From Styela clava (taxonomy: Eukaryota), in assembly GCF_964204865.1 (NCBI RefSeq), contig NC_135252.1, forward strand, positions 13,702,001 through 13,766,000: 64,000 nt of DNA. Direction: 5' to 3'. Position numbers and translations under genes: made by a program. The notes beneath the pieces are model-generated. The model searched no databases and was not told where the DNA came from. It worked only from the letters and a program-made list of their open reading frames with translations. This document shows positions 13,501 through 25,702 of this stretch, piece after piece. Position 1 is the stretch's first letter. Each line of letters begins with the position of its first letter.

Positions 13501-14795
13501 CTTAGAACTTAACCCTTTTGTAACACAACAAGTTGTTCGGGGTGGATTAGTTCGCGGTGTCTTGGGATTTCCATGCAATCATAATTTGATTGACAGTTTC
13601 ATTCTGCTATTGGATCGATGAGTTTTGTCTCAGACCGCGATTACTATCAATTAGAAATCTTACACGAATTCTAATTAAATTTTAATTGACTTAGTATTGA
13701 TCTTAATCCAAAGCTTCAAAACGTTTTGCATCTTTGTCACTGCTGACGAACCATTCAATAAAGAGCAAAAGATTTTACTTACGTGTTGTATAAAACAATA
13801 TCAGGTCTCCATATATTTTCCGATGGAATTCTAAGATATCTGACATCACCATATAAACTTGGATCCCACTGCATTTTATAATCGAACCATTCTTGTTTTA
13901 ACCATAGATTTGTCATCATAATCTGATTGATTTCATCCTGCAGAATAGGCTATTCATTTTCAAATTGGTCATTTATGTGCAGGGCAGCAATCTGACGTGA
14001 TCACATAAATAGCGATAGGTTTATTATCCTTTAATTCTTTTCATAACATTTTTTTTATGTAGTTTTGAATGGTTAATGTTTTCGCATGTTGTTGCTGTAT
14101 TATTTAGCTGTATTTTTTGTAAAATTGAATAAATCTAAATAAATACCAAGTTGAATGGCTGCTCGACTTTTTGTGTGTGATCATAACATATCAATCCCCT
14201 TATTGCCGATTTCGCATATTAGAGGAATGGATGTGTACATTTCGACGATTATATCATCGCCAGCCGGTCTACATTATACAAAACGAAATAGTTTTCTAAC
14301 AAATCAAAATTAACTTTAACGTTTTTGCAAGGATATAAATAAAGTTTTTTTATTTTACAATTGACGACGACTATTCCAGTATGCATGTTACATGTTAATA
14401 TATAAACCCTTGAAGTTCCGATACATCACGAATATAATGAATGTATAAAATTAAATTTCTTACGACTTTTACAAGTTGTGACATGAACAATTCCAATGCC
14501 ACGACGACACTATCATTAGCATTTTCCACTGGTCGTATCCATGGATTGTAGTCGGAAAACAACACTCGATATAACTTTTCCTCGTCTCGAGTTCCAAAAC
14601 AACCTGTAAGATAACTTAATTTGAAATACATACAGCAGTGAATTGAGCTTTTCTACAAATGAAGAGAATATTTTTCAATGCTAATTTAGACTTGTTTGTT
14701 CTCAGCATCAAGCCGATCATAAATTAAGTATACTCGTATGATATTATACCTGTGATAAGAGTCAGGAAGAAAAAGATGTATTTTGAAATTCTCAT
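7507..14795 (-). CDS. Nicotinic acetylcholine receptor alpha subunit (neuronal alpha2/3/4/6-like), about 486 aa, 10 coding exons
   Basis: Exons 14795-14750 (signal peptide [15 protein letters not shown]), 14603-14464, 13937-13783, 13010-12875, 12307-12174, 11735-11531, 11075-10872, 10554-10459, 8806-8645, 7689-7507. Cys-loop [15 protein letters not shown], loop C YNCCPEIY (vicinal Cys, alpha type), M2 [20 protein letters not shown]4 region [14 protein letters not shown]. The intracellular-loop exons are the least certain. Confidence 0.95.
7825..8569. mobile_element. pogo/Tigger-like non-autonomous element in the last nAChR intron
   Basis: Imperfect TIRs GGAGTCCTCGGGTTACGACG / CGTCGTAAGTCAAGGACTCCTG, each flanked by TA; internal tandem duplication of about 35 bp and many TACAGTA/TACTGTA motifs. 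Confidence 0.7.
9422..9800. repeat. Minisatellite, about 57-bp unit x about 7
   Basis: Units like GCGTCAGTCGTTAAACGTTTGAATAGCATTTC..TAACTTCAATACTGTTAAAAA start at about 9422, 9479, 9535, 9592, 9649, 9706 and 9761. A duplicated CCAGGGCTG...ACCACAGAAATTT segment brackets the array at 9262 and 9895. Confidence 0.9.
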
Positions 14796-15861
14796 GTTCC
14801 CGTGAGTGTCCAATGCTGCTCCGTGAACAAAAATTGACTAGTAAATAATCTAAAAAAAAATATATTTTGGTAAAAATCGTCACAAATCTTCAAATCCTAT
14901 ATTGTCATAAAACAGTGTTACTAAAATTGTTCAGTGGAAAGAAATGTAATCTTCCCTTGTTCTATTTGTGGCGAGTATTCCTGTCTTTTGGACACCTTTC
15001 ACACCTTCCTACAGCAACAACTGTAAAAAATTATGCAGTATCCTATTATACTCTAAACTTCACCATTCCACATACAATATACCCTTTTAGTTGTAACGAA
15101 AAGATAACTTAAAACTCAAACGAACTTCTTTTACATTCGCTTATTTCTAAACATATTTTACGCTAACGTTGGTAGTTTCATAAATCTCGTCCAAAGTTTT
15201 CTGCATCATTCCACCATAGTCAATCGGTTTTCAACTTCCCAACTATCGGGTAAATCCGACGTTTCCAATCGATTCAAATTTGTGTTCTTTCATTCATTGT
15301 GTCGGATTTGATTAATCCATGCTTGAGAGAACAACGATGAGGCTGGGAAAGTTAAAAACAATATTGATTGGTCAAACTGTTTCTAAAAATAGCACCATTT
15401 TTATGACATAGATTTAACGAAAAGTATGATTAAAATCGTGTGCAAGAACTCTTCTGTAAAAAACGGGGTTCCAAGCAATTATAAAAGTACAACGCAGCTG
15501 GGTAATTTAGGTCTTAATCGGAGAATAGTTTGTGAGAAGATTTATCAGAAATTGTAATTGCGTTTCTAAGCTAAAATTCAAGAAGCGATCGTATACAAAA
15601 AATCATTTTACTTCTATCGCCGCAGTGATGAATTCTACTCCACATATTGATCTGCGATATAACGAAGAGCAAGAAAAGTGTTTGATAACTGTTTAATCGA
15701 TAATTTAATTACATAACTATAGTTCTATTCACTCAAGTAGATTGGGAAAATGTTTTCTTGCGTTATTCGCATACTGATCCACCTGCGCAAAGGCATAGAG
15801 CAAGGAAAGGTAGTTAGTTTCACGTAACTCCCGATACACTGTTAGTTATAACTGTTAGTTA

Positions 15862-17320
15862 TAGGCCGCGAGACGAGTCCGTTTATCTTTCAGTTTCGTA
15901 GCGCACAAAAGGGAACTACTTGGAAATAATTTTAAAATGTTCCTTAGACCAGAGGTTCACAACCTTTCTACTCCGGCGGAGCGATAAAATTAATCGCGGA
16001 CCGGTAGAAAATTGAAATGACCGGAACATAAATAAATAACATATATTTGCGTAATATAATGCAATGTCGGGCATTCAATATGCTTCTAGACAGAAAGGCA
16101 CACTTAAAAACATTTCACACGAAGAAAAACTATCAAATAATGTGCCGGCTAAAATTGAAATGGGTGAAACATAAAATAATGTATACCATATATTTGCGTA
16201 ATGAAATGCAGTGCTGCACACCCATTATGCATAAGAAAGGCACGCTTAAAACATCTCGCATAAAAAAACATGTACCGATAAAATTAATCGCGGACCGGTA
16301 GAAAATTGAAATGACCGGAACATAAATAAATAACATATATTTGCGTAATATAATGCAATGTCGGGCATTCAATATGCTTCTAGACAAAAAGGCACACTTA
16401 AAACATTTCACACGGAGAAAAACTATCAAATAATGTGCCGGCTAAAATTGAAATGGGTGAAACATAAAATAATATATACCATATATTTGCGTAATGAAAT
16501 GCAGTGCTGCACACCCATTATGCATAAGAAAGGCACGCATAAAACATCTCACATAAAAAAACATGTACATGCCAAATCATGTACAAACACAATTAATTCT
16601 AGTGAGAATTTTGCTGCTGTTTCGTTTCCAATGTCGGATTGCAAACGAGGCCTCAAAGCAGTTTCTGCAACACGTCTCTCTGCAGCGTCATGCAGCCGAT
16701 TTCTTTGCTTCGTTTTAACTAAAGCTATTGATGAAAATCAGGAAAAGCACGTAGAACAGAAAAAGGACGCGTGCCGATCTTTAGGTTTCTGAATCTTGCG
16801 AGATTTGATGAAGCGCATTCGCGATGAATCGGAGCCGAAAAAGCGAAAAGTGTAATTACTCGGCACAAAGATGTCGTGAAAGACGTCGCAATATGACGAC
16901 GGAAGAGAAATTACGTGATAAACCAACGCAACCTCGTCTTCGGTAAAGCGACTGAAAAAAAATGACTGAGACGGCAAAAAAACAATAAAATTTCTCGCGG
17001 ACCGGCGAAAAAGCATTGCGGACCTGCGGTTGGGAACCACTGCCTTAGACTAATAATAACTAAAAAAGACGATGGGAAGGCTACCCAACTCAACGCAAGA
17101 TCGAGCAGTAATAGCTGAAATTCATCCGCCCGCTAACAGCTGATCAAATTTTAATTGTTAGGTCGTGCAATCACGAGAGTCTTGCTACGCAACTGGGAAC
17201 AAGGTATTATTTGATACTAAATTTCTAAGAAACATTTTAGAGTTATTTCCAGGTAGTTCCCTTATGTGCGCCACGAAACTCATTTTCTAGGCGTTTTTCA
17301 GGGCCTCGTCTCACGGCCTA
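15862..17320. mobile_element. Foldback/MITE with about 85-bp inverted arms, interrupted by a hAT MITE
   Basis: TAGGCCGCGAGACGAG...GTTTCGTAGCGCACAAAAGGGAACTACTTGGAAATAATTTTAAAATGTT on the left is the inverted counterpart of 17222-17320; flanked by TTA on both sides. Confidence 0.7.
15950..17042. mobile_element. hAT-type non-autonomous element with an internal tandem duplication of about 294 bp
   Basis: TIRs CAGAGGTTCACAACC / GGTTGGGAACCACTG; perfect 8-bp TSD CCTTAGAC (15942-15949, 17043-17050); near-identical units at 15982-16275 and 16276-16569. Confidence 0.9.
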
Positions 17321-17654
17321 TTACGCTAAATTTATTCATCGCCAAAATTGTGTATTTTCTTTTGTCGTGTATTGGATGTGGAAGAATCAATAGTAACATC
17401 GTTTACTCATTCAAGTCCGATGATAAGTTCTGAGTTGGATAATTCGTACAATACTCATCGTCGATATCAGTAGTTTTAAAACTCTAAAATTCCACTGCCA
17501 TATCGTTTCCGCGGAAAACAATGTTTACAATGTCTAGGTGGGGATAGAGAAATCGGAGAAATGTTCGTAACGCTCCACTTGGTGAATATTTTGCAGGGTT
17601 ATTCTCGATTTAATTTCCTTGGTCGTTTTTGTTTTGATCTCTACTTTATTGAGT

Positions 17655-17760
17655 TTGCCCAATGACATTAAACAACATGATAGGCAACTCTGACGTCACT
17701 CCATAAGACTACATGCGAAAGATTGTATTTCGTGATACGCTCCAATGCACATATTTCTCG
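17655..17760 (-). repeat. Inverted homologue of the PGAM5 upstream block 21345-21430
   Basis: Exact 23-bp (ATCATGTTGTTTAATGTCATTGG) and 17-bp (TATGTGCATTGGAGCGT) matches in inverted orientation and the same order. Confidence 0.8.
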
Positions 17761-18977
17761 TCGCCTTTTGCGACGGTTTTCCGCTTGCTTTTGCTACTCG
17801 GCGTCTTCTTTACGTGTAGTACCTGCCTTTTTGCGCCTGTAACGAAAGAAAATAATCTCTATATCTGAGAAGTTTTGCTCATTTGGAAAGCTGGAATGGC
17901 AGACAAGCTGTAAAGAGTAATTCTGAACATCATAGACGTTTTTTTTATCAGAGAATATTACAAACGCGATAGCGTAAAGATTTGTGTGAAACATTTTGCA
18001 GATAATGACACAGTTCAAAGTTAGTAATTTTAATGTTTGCGCTTAAACATTGAAATTTCATTTAAAGAGGGTGTCATACAAAACAGCAAAACTGTTTTTA
18101 CTTCTCTTAAAGGTGCTGTGATACAATTCCATAACACAAAGTTTGAAACAATCGAACTTGCTTTAGTGGTGAATTTATTAGACATATTACATATTCAGTT
18201 AATCGTAGGTAACATTGCTGGTACATAATGCCTCGTAGATAGGTTTGTGTCTAAATTTCTAAATTTAGCTCATAGCCCGCTAATTAATATTATCTTCTAT
18301 GCAGGAAATTGCAGGGCTGATTCAACTTGCAGCCTTACCGATCACCTGACGATGCTCATTTAGTTTGTCTCAAGTCTTCTTGAAAGACTTGTGTGAATGG
18401 AAACTACCTATATGTTTTGCCTTCCTCCGACTTTAGAAGACAAATTTATTTTGAAGGATTTGGCATATAATTCTCATTGATTGTTGGCTGTTTATAATTC
18501 CTATTAAATGTGAATTCTGATTATAACAAAGAGTTAAACATTTTTTTACGTAATCTACGGGCACTTTTTTCTTGTCAATACTCCAAGCTGAGGTAAAAAG
18601 CAAGACAATACATTTATGTCATCTGGAAGCAAAATATACACACTAATTAAAAGTTTGACACATTGAGATAATACATCATGACAGAAAATACAAAGATACA
18701 GTATGTATGACCATCACATGGTAATTAAAATTAAAAAAAAAATTAATAGAGGCTGTGAAGTATGAAAAGTTCAAGACAAAGAAAAGAACAAAAGTTCATA
18801 GCTCATGAACTCTTAATTCTGCCTCCATTGCTTTGTGAAGGCCAATATATTCCGAATGGCTGAATTGGTTTATCTTGTGATAGCAACGGTTTTGTATTTA
18901 ATATAGCGAGATTTTTTTTCAATTTAATTGAAGTGATATTATTTCCCAAAGCAATGCTTGAATCGTCTAGAATATAT

Positions 18978-20156
18978 CAGTGGTGTCAAACTCATGGGTT
19001 TCGAGAGCCGCATTGCATGTTGGAAATTGTGAAAAGGGCCGCAAACAGTTTTTGATAATTTAATACTTGAAAGATATTTTTCAGATAGTTTTAGTTTGTG
19101 ACATATATTGTGATGCAACTAATCAGTTGGATTAAGTTTTATCATATTCTTTATTTTCTTTAATTTCAAATGCAATTACATATTAATATTTGCATTCCAC
19201 TATTATTGCAAGTTACTGTATTTATTACAAAAAATCATAAAATTCCATGTACAACCATCAAAATCATTTTTGAACAAGCGTTGGTTAAGGAAAGAATAAT
19301 ACATACACTAAAAATGACTTAATCTAAATATATGAACCTAAAATTAACAAAAATACTACAGTATAAACTCAATGTTTTTTTTAATTACATTTGTCCTGAC
19401 GTTTGGCATCTTCTTTGTGTCACCAGCATACTAAGGCCAGGCTGAAATGATTTTATAGTACCAACTCTAACTAACGAGGTCACATGATCATGGGTTAATC
19501 TGTATCTTTGCAAGAGTTTAATTAATTCCAGTAATGCAAAAAAGTTACTTTTATCATTTCCTGTATAGATCAGTAAAAAACAAATGGCAGATTTTTTCGA
19601 CAAGACATTTCGGGCTACATTGCATGGCATAGGATTGCTTGAATTATTATTGATATTGATTTTTAGTAACTAAGTCGTTGTATATTTATATTAATATACA
19701 AACACATGGAAATTTTCTGTTCGGAGTTGGTCTTCGAATTTGTCATATTGACTGCTGAGCTTATTGTGTTTTTTCATTGTACTGATGGAAATATGACAAA
19801 TTTAACAATGTGCTTCAGAATTTTGTAAAATGCAGAAATATTGCAACTCCCATTTTCTTCGAAAATGCCACCTTCTTTATGTACTTTAATTTAATCACTC
19901 AAGTGTTTTATTCAGTATTCTTTTGCTAGCTTGATGTGTATTCTTAATTGAGTCAAAATGTGAACAAAAAAAAATTAACTTTCTAAAACTACTTTCAGTA
20001 AATTGTTTTCTGTGTGAATATTCAATTTCACTTTAAAAGGTTTGAAAAATCTTTTACATTTAAATAAAAAAAAATTCCAAAATACTATTACAATTATTGT
20101 TAAGCGTTCGAGGGCCGCACTGGGAGTTCTCTGGGGCCGCAAGTTTGACATCCCTG
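18978..20156 (-). mobile_element. Decayed hAT (Buster/SPIN/Charlie-like) element with a transposase C-terminal remnant
   Basis: TIRs CAGTGGTGTCAAACT / AGTTTGACATCCCTG; GGGCCGCA subterminal motifs; minus-strand peptide RYRLTHDHVTSLVRVGTIKSFQPGLSMLVTQRRCQTSG resembles the Buster-type transposase C-terminus; imperfect TSD GTCTAGAW. Confidence 0.75.
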
Positions 20157-20214
20157 GTCTAGATTGAAATTGTCCAAAATATATAACATTATTTTATCAT
20201 GAATCATGATTATA

Positions 20215-20560
20215 CCCTTTCCCGAATTTCTTTTAGTAGTACTACCAAAATTTGATGAACCAAATATAACACAGGTGTAGTCAGTGACCCGTAATCCTCA
20301 TTTTTCAAAGCTGTTTTAAGTATGTCTGGCATGTTTTGTGCCTTTTTACAAAGAAGACCGATTTTGGAATTTTTAGTTATTTCCCTCAAGCCCTGCAGGA
20401 TGTAGGGGCCATACACAACTTTACCGGAGGGTCAAATGTCTTTGCATTCCTCCATAGGTTGTTCTTCTATTTATGGAGTATTCTAATCATATTTCTTGGA
20501 ATCAAACTGTCACTGATACGTCGCCAGACTTCTGATATCTCCCCTTCTGCTACAGTTGTC
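20215..20560 (-). pseudogene. Possible frameshifted retroelement integrase zinc-binding remnant
   Basis: Across frames: LIPRNMIRILH / GGMQ / KTF / YGPYILQGLREITKNSKI, loosely like the Gypsy-type H2C2 region; stops and frameshifts are present. Confidence 0.25.
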
Positions 20561-21476
20561 CTGTGAATAAATAATAGGAAATTGAGGTTAGACGAATAGT
20601 TGAAAGTTTTGTTTTATGTCGGCCTAATTTCTCTCGGCCTCTTGTGCTGCAGGAGTCTCACAATGCTTAGACAGGTCTGTCCACAACTTTCACATCTGTA
20701 GGAGAGAAGATTTATTAATTTTCGTTAAGAATAAATAAAGCAGTCTATATGATTCAGAATGGAAAAGCTAATAAATCCAATATCTTATGTTTTTTGTAAA
20801 AAATGTTTTACTGAATTTGGTATATAAACCAACTAATAAAGGGGTTTAGTCAGAAAATTATAAGCATTCGTGGCTCCAAATACTTGAGAGATCAGACTAT
20901 ACAATATAGACCGGTATGAGTGAAATTTTAGGTGAACTTGTTAACCCTTTGATTCAATACGCAAATAAAAGTGAATGAGCAATAGTATGTTACAGCAATA
21001 AGTATATATCCTCACTGATTAAAAAAATCTAAATGGAGGTGCATGAACTATTTGAAACCATAAGGGGTAAGTAAATATGCAATTTCGGCAGATGGCCAAC
21101 TACGTACCGTACTGAATTATAAACTTCGTAGTATTTGACAAAAGCTGGCTTTCCCGCATGTACTTAACAGTGCGATGCCCGGGTGTGATATACAACAATA
21201 GTATTTACCTTACTTTTTTCCGATTTCTTTTTACCTTCAATTTTCCAAATATCATTAAAAACCACAACAACTATCGAAGCAGGCTCGAACACCATTCGTG
21301 CTATGCCTTGAAAGCAACACACATCCGCTCGTTTTCGTCTCGTCAAGTATGTGCATTGGAGCGTGCTATCAAATACGATCTTCGGCCAAAAATGCCGGAG
21401 TTGCGCATCATGTTGTTTAATGTCATTGGTTTGCCCTTTCTGCACTTGTTGATGTTTACTGTTCACTGTCTCCATA

Positions 21477-23504
21477 ATGACCACTAGGCTTTCCAAAACC
21501 ATATTGGTATCTGTCTGCGCGGGTGGATCCGCTTTGTTTTTGTCAAATTTCGGCGACGTTAACAAGCCACAAACAAACTTACTTTCGAGATTGAAAGTGA
21601 ACTGCGCTACAGCTGATGCTTTTATTAAAACGAAAAAAATTGTAAACGAAAAAGATGCAGGCTGGGACTGGAATTGGGACAAAAGAAATCATCAATCACT
21701 TACTGACGTTTCAAAATCAGAAAGAACCAAGAAACATTACATTTTTGTGAGACATGGAGAGTATAACTTGAAAGGGTATAACGACGAAGAAAAGTATTTG
21801 ACAAAATTGGGACAAGAGCAAGCAGATATGACAGGACAATGGCTGTCAAGCTTGGATTTAAATTATACGAAAATTGTGCAGTCAACCATGACACGGGCTA
21901 AAGAAACCTGTGGAATTATATCGAAATATTTGCCAGATGTGGAAGTTGAAACAACAGATTTATTAAGAGAAGGAGCACCTATTCAACCAGATCCACCCAA
22001 TAGAGCAAATGAACCAGAGGTGAATAATTCATTTTTTTATTTTTTAGTTGCATATTTTGTCATTTCCGACTGTGAGATAAAATTTTTAAATTGATATTGC
22101 ACCAATATTTTGAATACAAGAATATGACGAATAATGCATTTTTCTTTCTCTATTGCATTTAAATATAATTAATTTAAAGGTGGATAAATGCCATACCGGT
22201 ATTTTCTGGCTAATAAGGTAAATTGGCGAATGAGAAGAGAACAATTTCAACACTAAAAATGAGTTTTTTTTTATATTACTGTATTACTGTCCACTAAGCC
22301 AGGCAGAAAAATTGTGTTACTTTATTTCTCTGTTCGTCATTTAAACACCAATATGCATTCAATTTGTTATCGATTATAATTCCCTCATTTTTCTCTCAGT
22401 TACACCCCAATGCACTCTCCCTCTCTTTGATGTGCTTACAAGTTACAATACACTATGTCTATATACGACAGTATCAGTAATTACTTTTGCTAGTGATGCA
22501 TACACAAATACAGCAACATCAAATATAATAATCACAGCAGAGATCTTCCAGATTCACAGTGTGAGATTGCTGATTCATGAAAACTGATGGTGAAGGCACA
22601 TTGTTTCGGTGATTTCTGGTCCAAAGCTAATAATTAGCCGAAAACGAAAATGAGCCGACCACAGAAAACCAGGCCCAGTATATCAGCTTATTAGCTGCCA
22701 AATACAGTAGTTTATTTTGGTTTTTACTACGACATATTCCTGAACCAAAATGAACCAGTTTCCTGCTGTTGTTTCATTGCATTAAATCTAATTCACTCAC
22801 TAGGTATAATAGTATCACTTCGAAAGTACCTTTTGTGAAAACTACTGGTTCTATTAGTTCGCTTGTTTCAGGTTAGTTTGAATATTACTAGAACTGGTCG
22901 GATCAGAAAACTCTTTATAAGTTGCATGTTCGTTAATCTTTCTAAGTAACGGTTTCCAAACCTTTTCAAAACGAACTGTTTTGACATTAAAATCGATCTA
23001 TTTGAGAAGATGATATCGTGATAATTTTGACTATTGCTTATAATTTTAATTGGGGTCTTTCAACCTTATTTATTTCACAATCTTTCCCATCAATTTTTGA
23101 TTATTAAATTTTGTTGTTTTTGTATCTCTCAGCAAGTTGTATTCGAAAAAATCATATCTATTCCTCCCATGATTTTGAAATGTGAAACTTATATTAAATG
23201 TGCAATTTCCTTATTCCAGCTTAAATATTTCTCGGACTCTCAACGGATTGAATCTGCCTTCAGGAAGTTTGTTTACCGACCGAAACTTTCAGATTCCGAT
23301 GAGCCAGTCGAGGTTTATGTTTGTCATGCCAATGTTATTCGTTACTTTCTGTGCAGAGTTGCACAGTTTCCCCCGCGAGGCTGGTTGAGAATTAGTCTTC
23401 GTCATGGCAGTGTTACCTGGGTTACTGTGTATTCTGATGGAGATGTGTGGATAAGATCCATTGGAGACGCAGGGTTTATGCCACCATATAAATTGTCTAG
23501 ATAA
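21477..23504 (+). CDS. PGAM5: Mitochondrial Ser/Thr/His phosphatase PGAM5, about 275 aa, 2 exons
   Basis: Exons 21477-22019 and 23220-23504. WDWNWD motif, RHG catalytic motif, LTKLGQEQA, STMTRAKET, LLREGAPIQPDP, RIESAFRKF, VCHANVIRYFLCR, GDAGFMPP. Confidence 0.95.
22470..22590. repeat. Dispersed repeat; inverted copy at about 32785-32900
   Basis: CAGATTCACAGTGTGAGATTGCTGATTCATGAAAACTGATGG matches the reverse complement of CCATCAATTTTCATGAATCAGCGTTCTCACACTGTGAATCTG in a KLHL28 intron. Confidence 0.7.
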
Positions 23505-23694
23505 TTTTAAATCACTGTTTTTTTTGTTTATTCACATGCTGAAATGCTATAAAAAGGTGACAAGCTCTCACTCGAAAACAGAGAAATAGCTTGTAAAACG
23601 AACACTAATAAGTTAGAATGCATATGAATGATATATAAGGGTGGACTTAATTGAATGGAAATAAATTAAAGCAATTGAATCAAATATATTAGAT

Positions 23695-24380
23695 TAGTGG
23701 TTCCCAACCTTTTTCAGCTCGCGACCCCCTTTGGTGGTTTACACATACCTTCGCGACCCCCTGCCTCACTTTCTATACTTTACAATAAAATAAGCGGCAA
23801 ATTTGATTTTTCATCAAGCTGCAGTTTTATTCAATGTGATGGCTGGCTTGGAACCGCGTGGCCAACTGCGTAATTCGTGGTTGAGTTTTTGACAGAGCTA
23901 ATCTCATGTCATCCTTGACTTTCATTAGTATTCGTTCCTATGTTTTTATATGAAAAAGAAGCTGAAAATCCGATTTCATTTTCATATTGTCGCTTCTTCG
24001 CCATGGTAAATAAAATAACTGAATTATAACGTTACTGCAGGATGTATGATAATCTTCACGATGAAACAACATAGACAACCCTTTGGTATCGAAATCCCAC
24101 AGCCTTGCTTCGAAGCATTGCGCGAAATGCTGTCGAGTTCGTGTGACGTCACAATGGCTAACATGCCATAAAACTCTCGCGCCGCTTGCTAACATTCTGG
24201 GGTGTCACGACAGCTAGTGGAAATCTCTCGGAGGCGAAGGAGAGTCAATTCCAGACTTCTTCGCGTTCTATCGCCAATATTTAATCTGCGGCTTTGTATT
24301 ATTTTCTACTGTTGTGCAACAACTTCGCGACCCCCCTAGAAACCCGTCGCGACCCCCAGGTTGGGACTTGGGAACCACTG
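23695..24380. mobile_element. hAT-type MITE
   Basis: TIRs TAGTGGTTCCCAACC / TTGGGAACCACTG, CGCGACCCC subterminal repeats, perfect 8-bp TSD TATTAGAT. Confidence 0.9.
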
Positions 24381-25702
24381 TATTAGATTGAGTTTTGAAT
24401 GATATTTTTCAAAAAGCAAAAGTATTGTACTGATATGTATAATTTGGCTGTAAATTGAATTGAAATAAATTTTATGTACCGGTAACTTGAATTAAAGACT
24501 GAAGAAAACTAAAGTGTTTGCAGTTACTTATCTTTTGTATAGCATCATATGTATATTTTATGCAGAATTGAATTTTATTGCGCAGACAATCTTAATCAAT
24601 ATCACTATTGAACAGCAGAAAATCGCTAACTTCATTTCAACTTTTTTTATTGGGTATTTGTAATTGTATATCTGTAACATGTCATATTATGCACATTTCA
24701 CAGTCTTTTTACTGTCATTTATTGCAGTGTTTCTATTATTGTGCCATAATATTTTTGATTCATTATAAAAAAAAATCTCAAAAGTGCTGCTGTAATTATT
24801 TTATGCATTTCAGGCAATCTGTACATTTTTTCATCTAAACATTTGGTGCTTGGTTTTTTTTGGGTGAAGAGTTTACAAAGTTAAATTTCAAATTGTGATG
24901 TTTATCCTACATGTTACAAAGGCCAGTACAAATGTTGTCCCTATGTCTAGCATACAAGCTCAGTGCAGTACAGTATTTGGGCTACTGATTTGATCAATGA
25001 AAAACGTTCTTTTCTGAACTCGTTACTGACTGCTTCTTTGTATGTAGCCGCTCATATAAATTTGTCAAAGCTATCTCGGTTTCATGACTCTTTCAAAATT
25101 TAATTTCTGAATGAAATGTTCTGAAAAAGGTCAAAAAATACTCAGGAGTGAACTATGACCACACAGACTTGTTTTTTTCTATTATGTGAACTCATATTCT
25201 GGAATTTACTATATTGTGAATGATTGCAAATATTAATTTAAAATGCCCATATTACGACGGATTTGTATTTCATAAAATACTTTTTCTATAAGTTTTATTT
25301 CTAAATAATTCAACTTGTATTATCTATTTTGTATCATTGAATTGAAGATGTATGTGATATTCATATGGCAAAAAATCATAACTTTATTTTCAAAATTTTT
25401 CAGTGTTCTCAAAAACAGTGATTTTGATTTGTATGAAAGCGCTTGTTCCTAGTCAATGTTGATTCCAAATCTTAAAATCTAAAATGATGGACAATCTGAA
25501 CTATTGTATGTGCACCAATAATATAATCACTCAGGAATTAAATATATTTAAGCAAATATTACCCTTATGTGTATCTTGTCCATAACCACTAGTGAAATGG
25601 TGCAAATTAGCAATAAAATAATTTTTCTATAATTCCTGTTTCATCAAAACTTCAGATGCTATTTAATTATAGATAAAATGACTGAACTTTGAATAACCAA
25701 AA

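Noticed and set aside
20610-20700. C2H2-like peptide CESCGQTC...LLQHKR on the minus strand
   Set aside because: Lacks the second His and is followed by a stop; no supporting exons.
21164-21682. 172-aa antisense ORF whose internal ATG lies back-to-back with the PGAM5 ATG
   Set aside because: No recognisable domain and no supported downstream exons; likely a shadow ORF.
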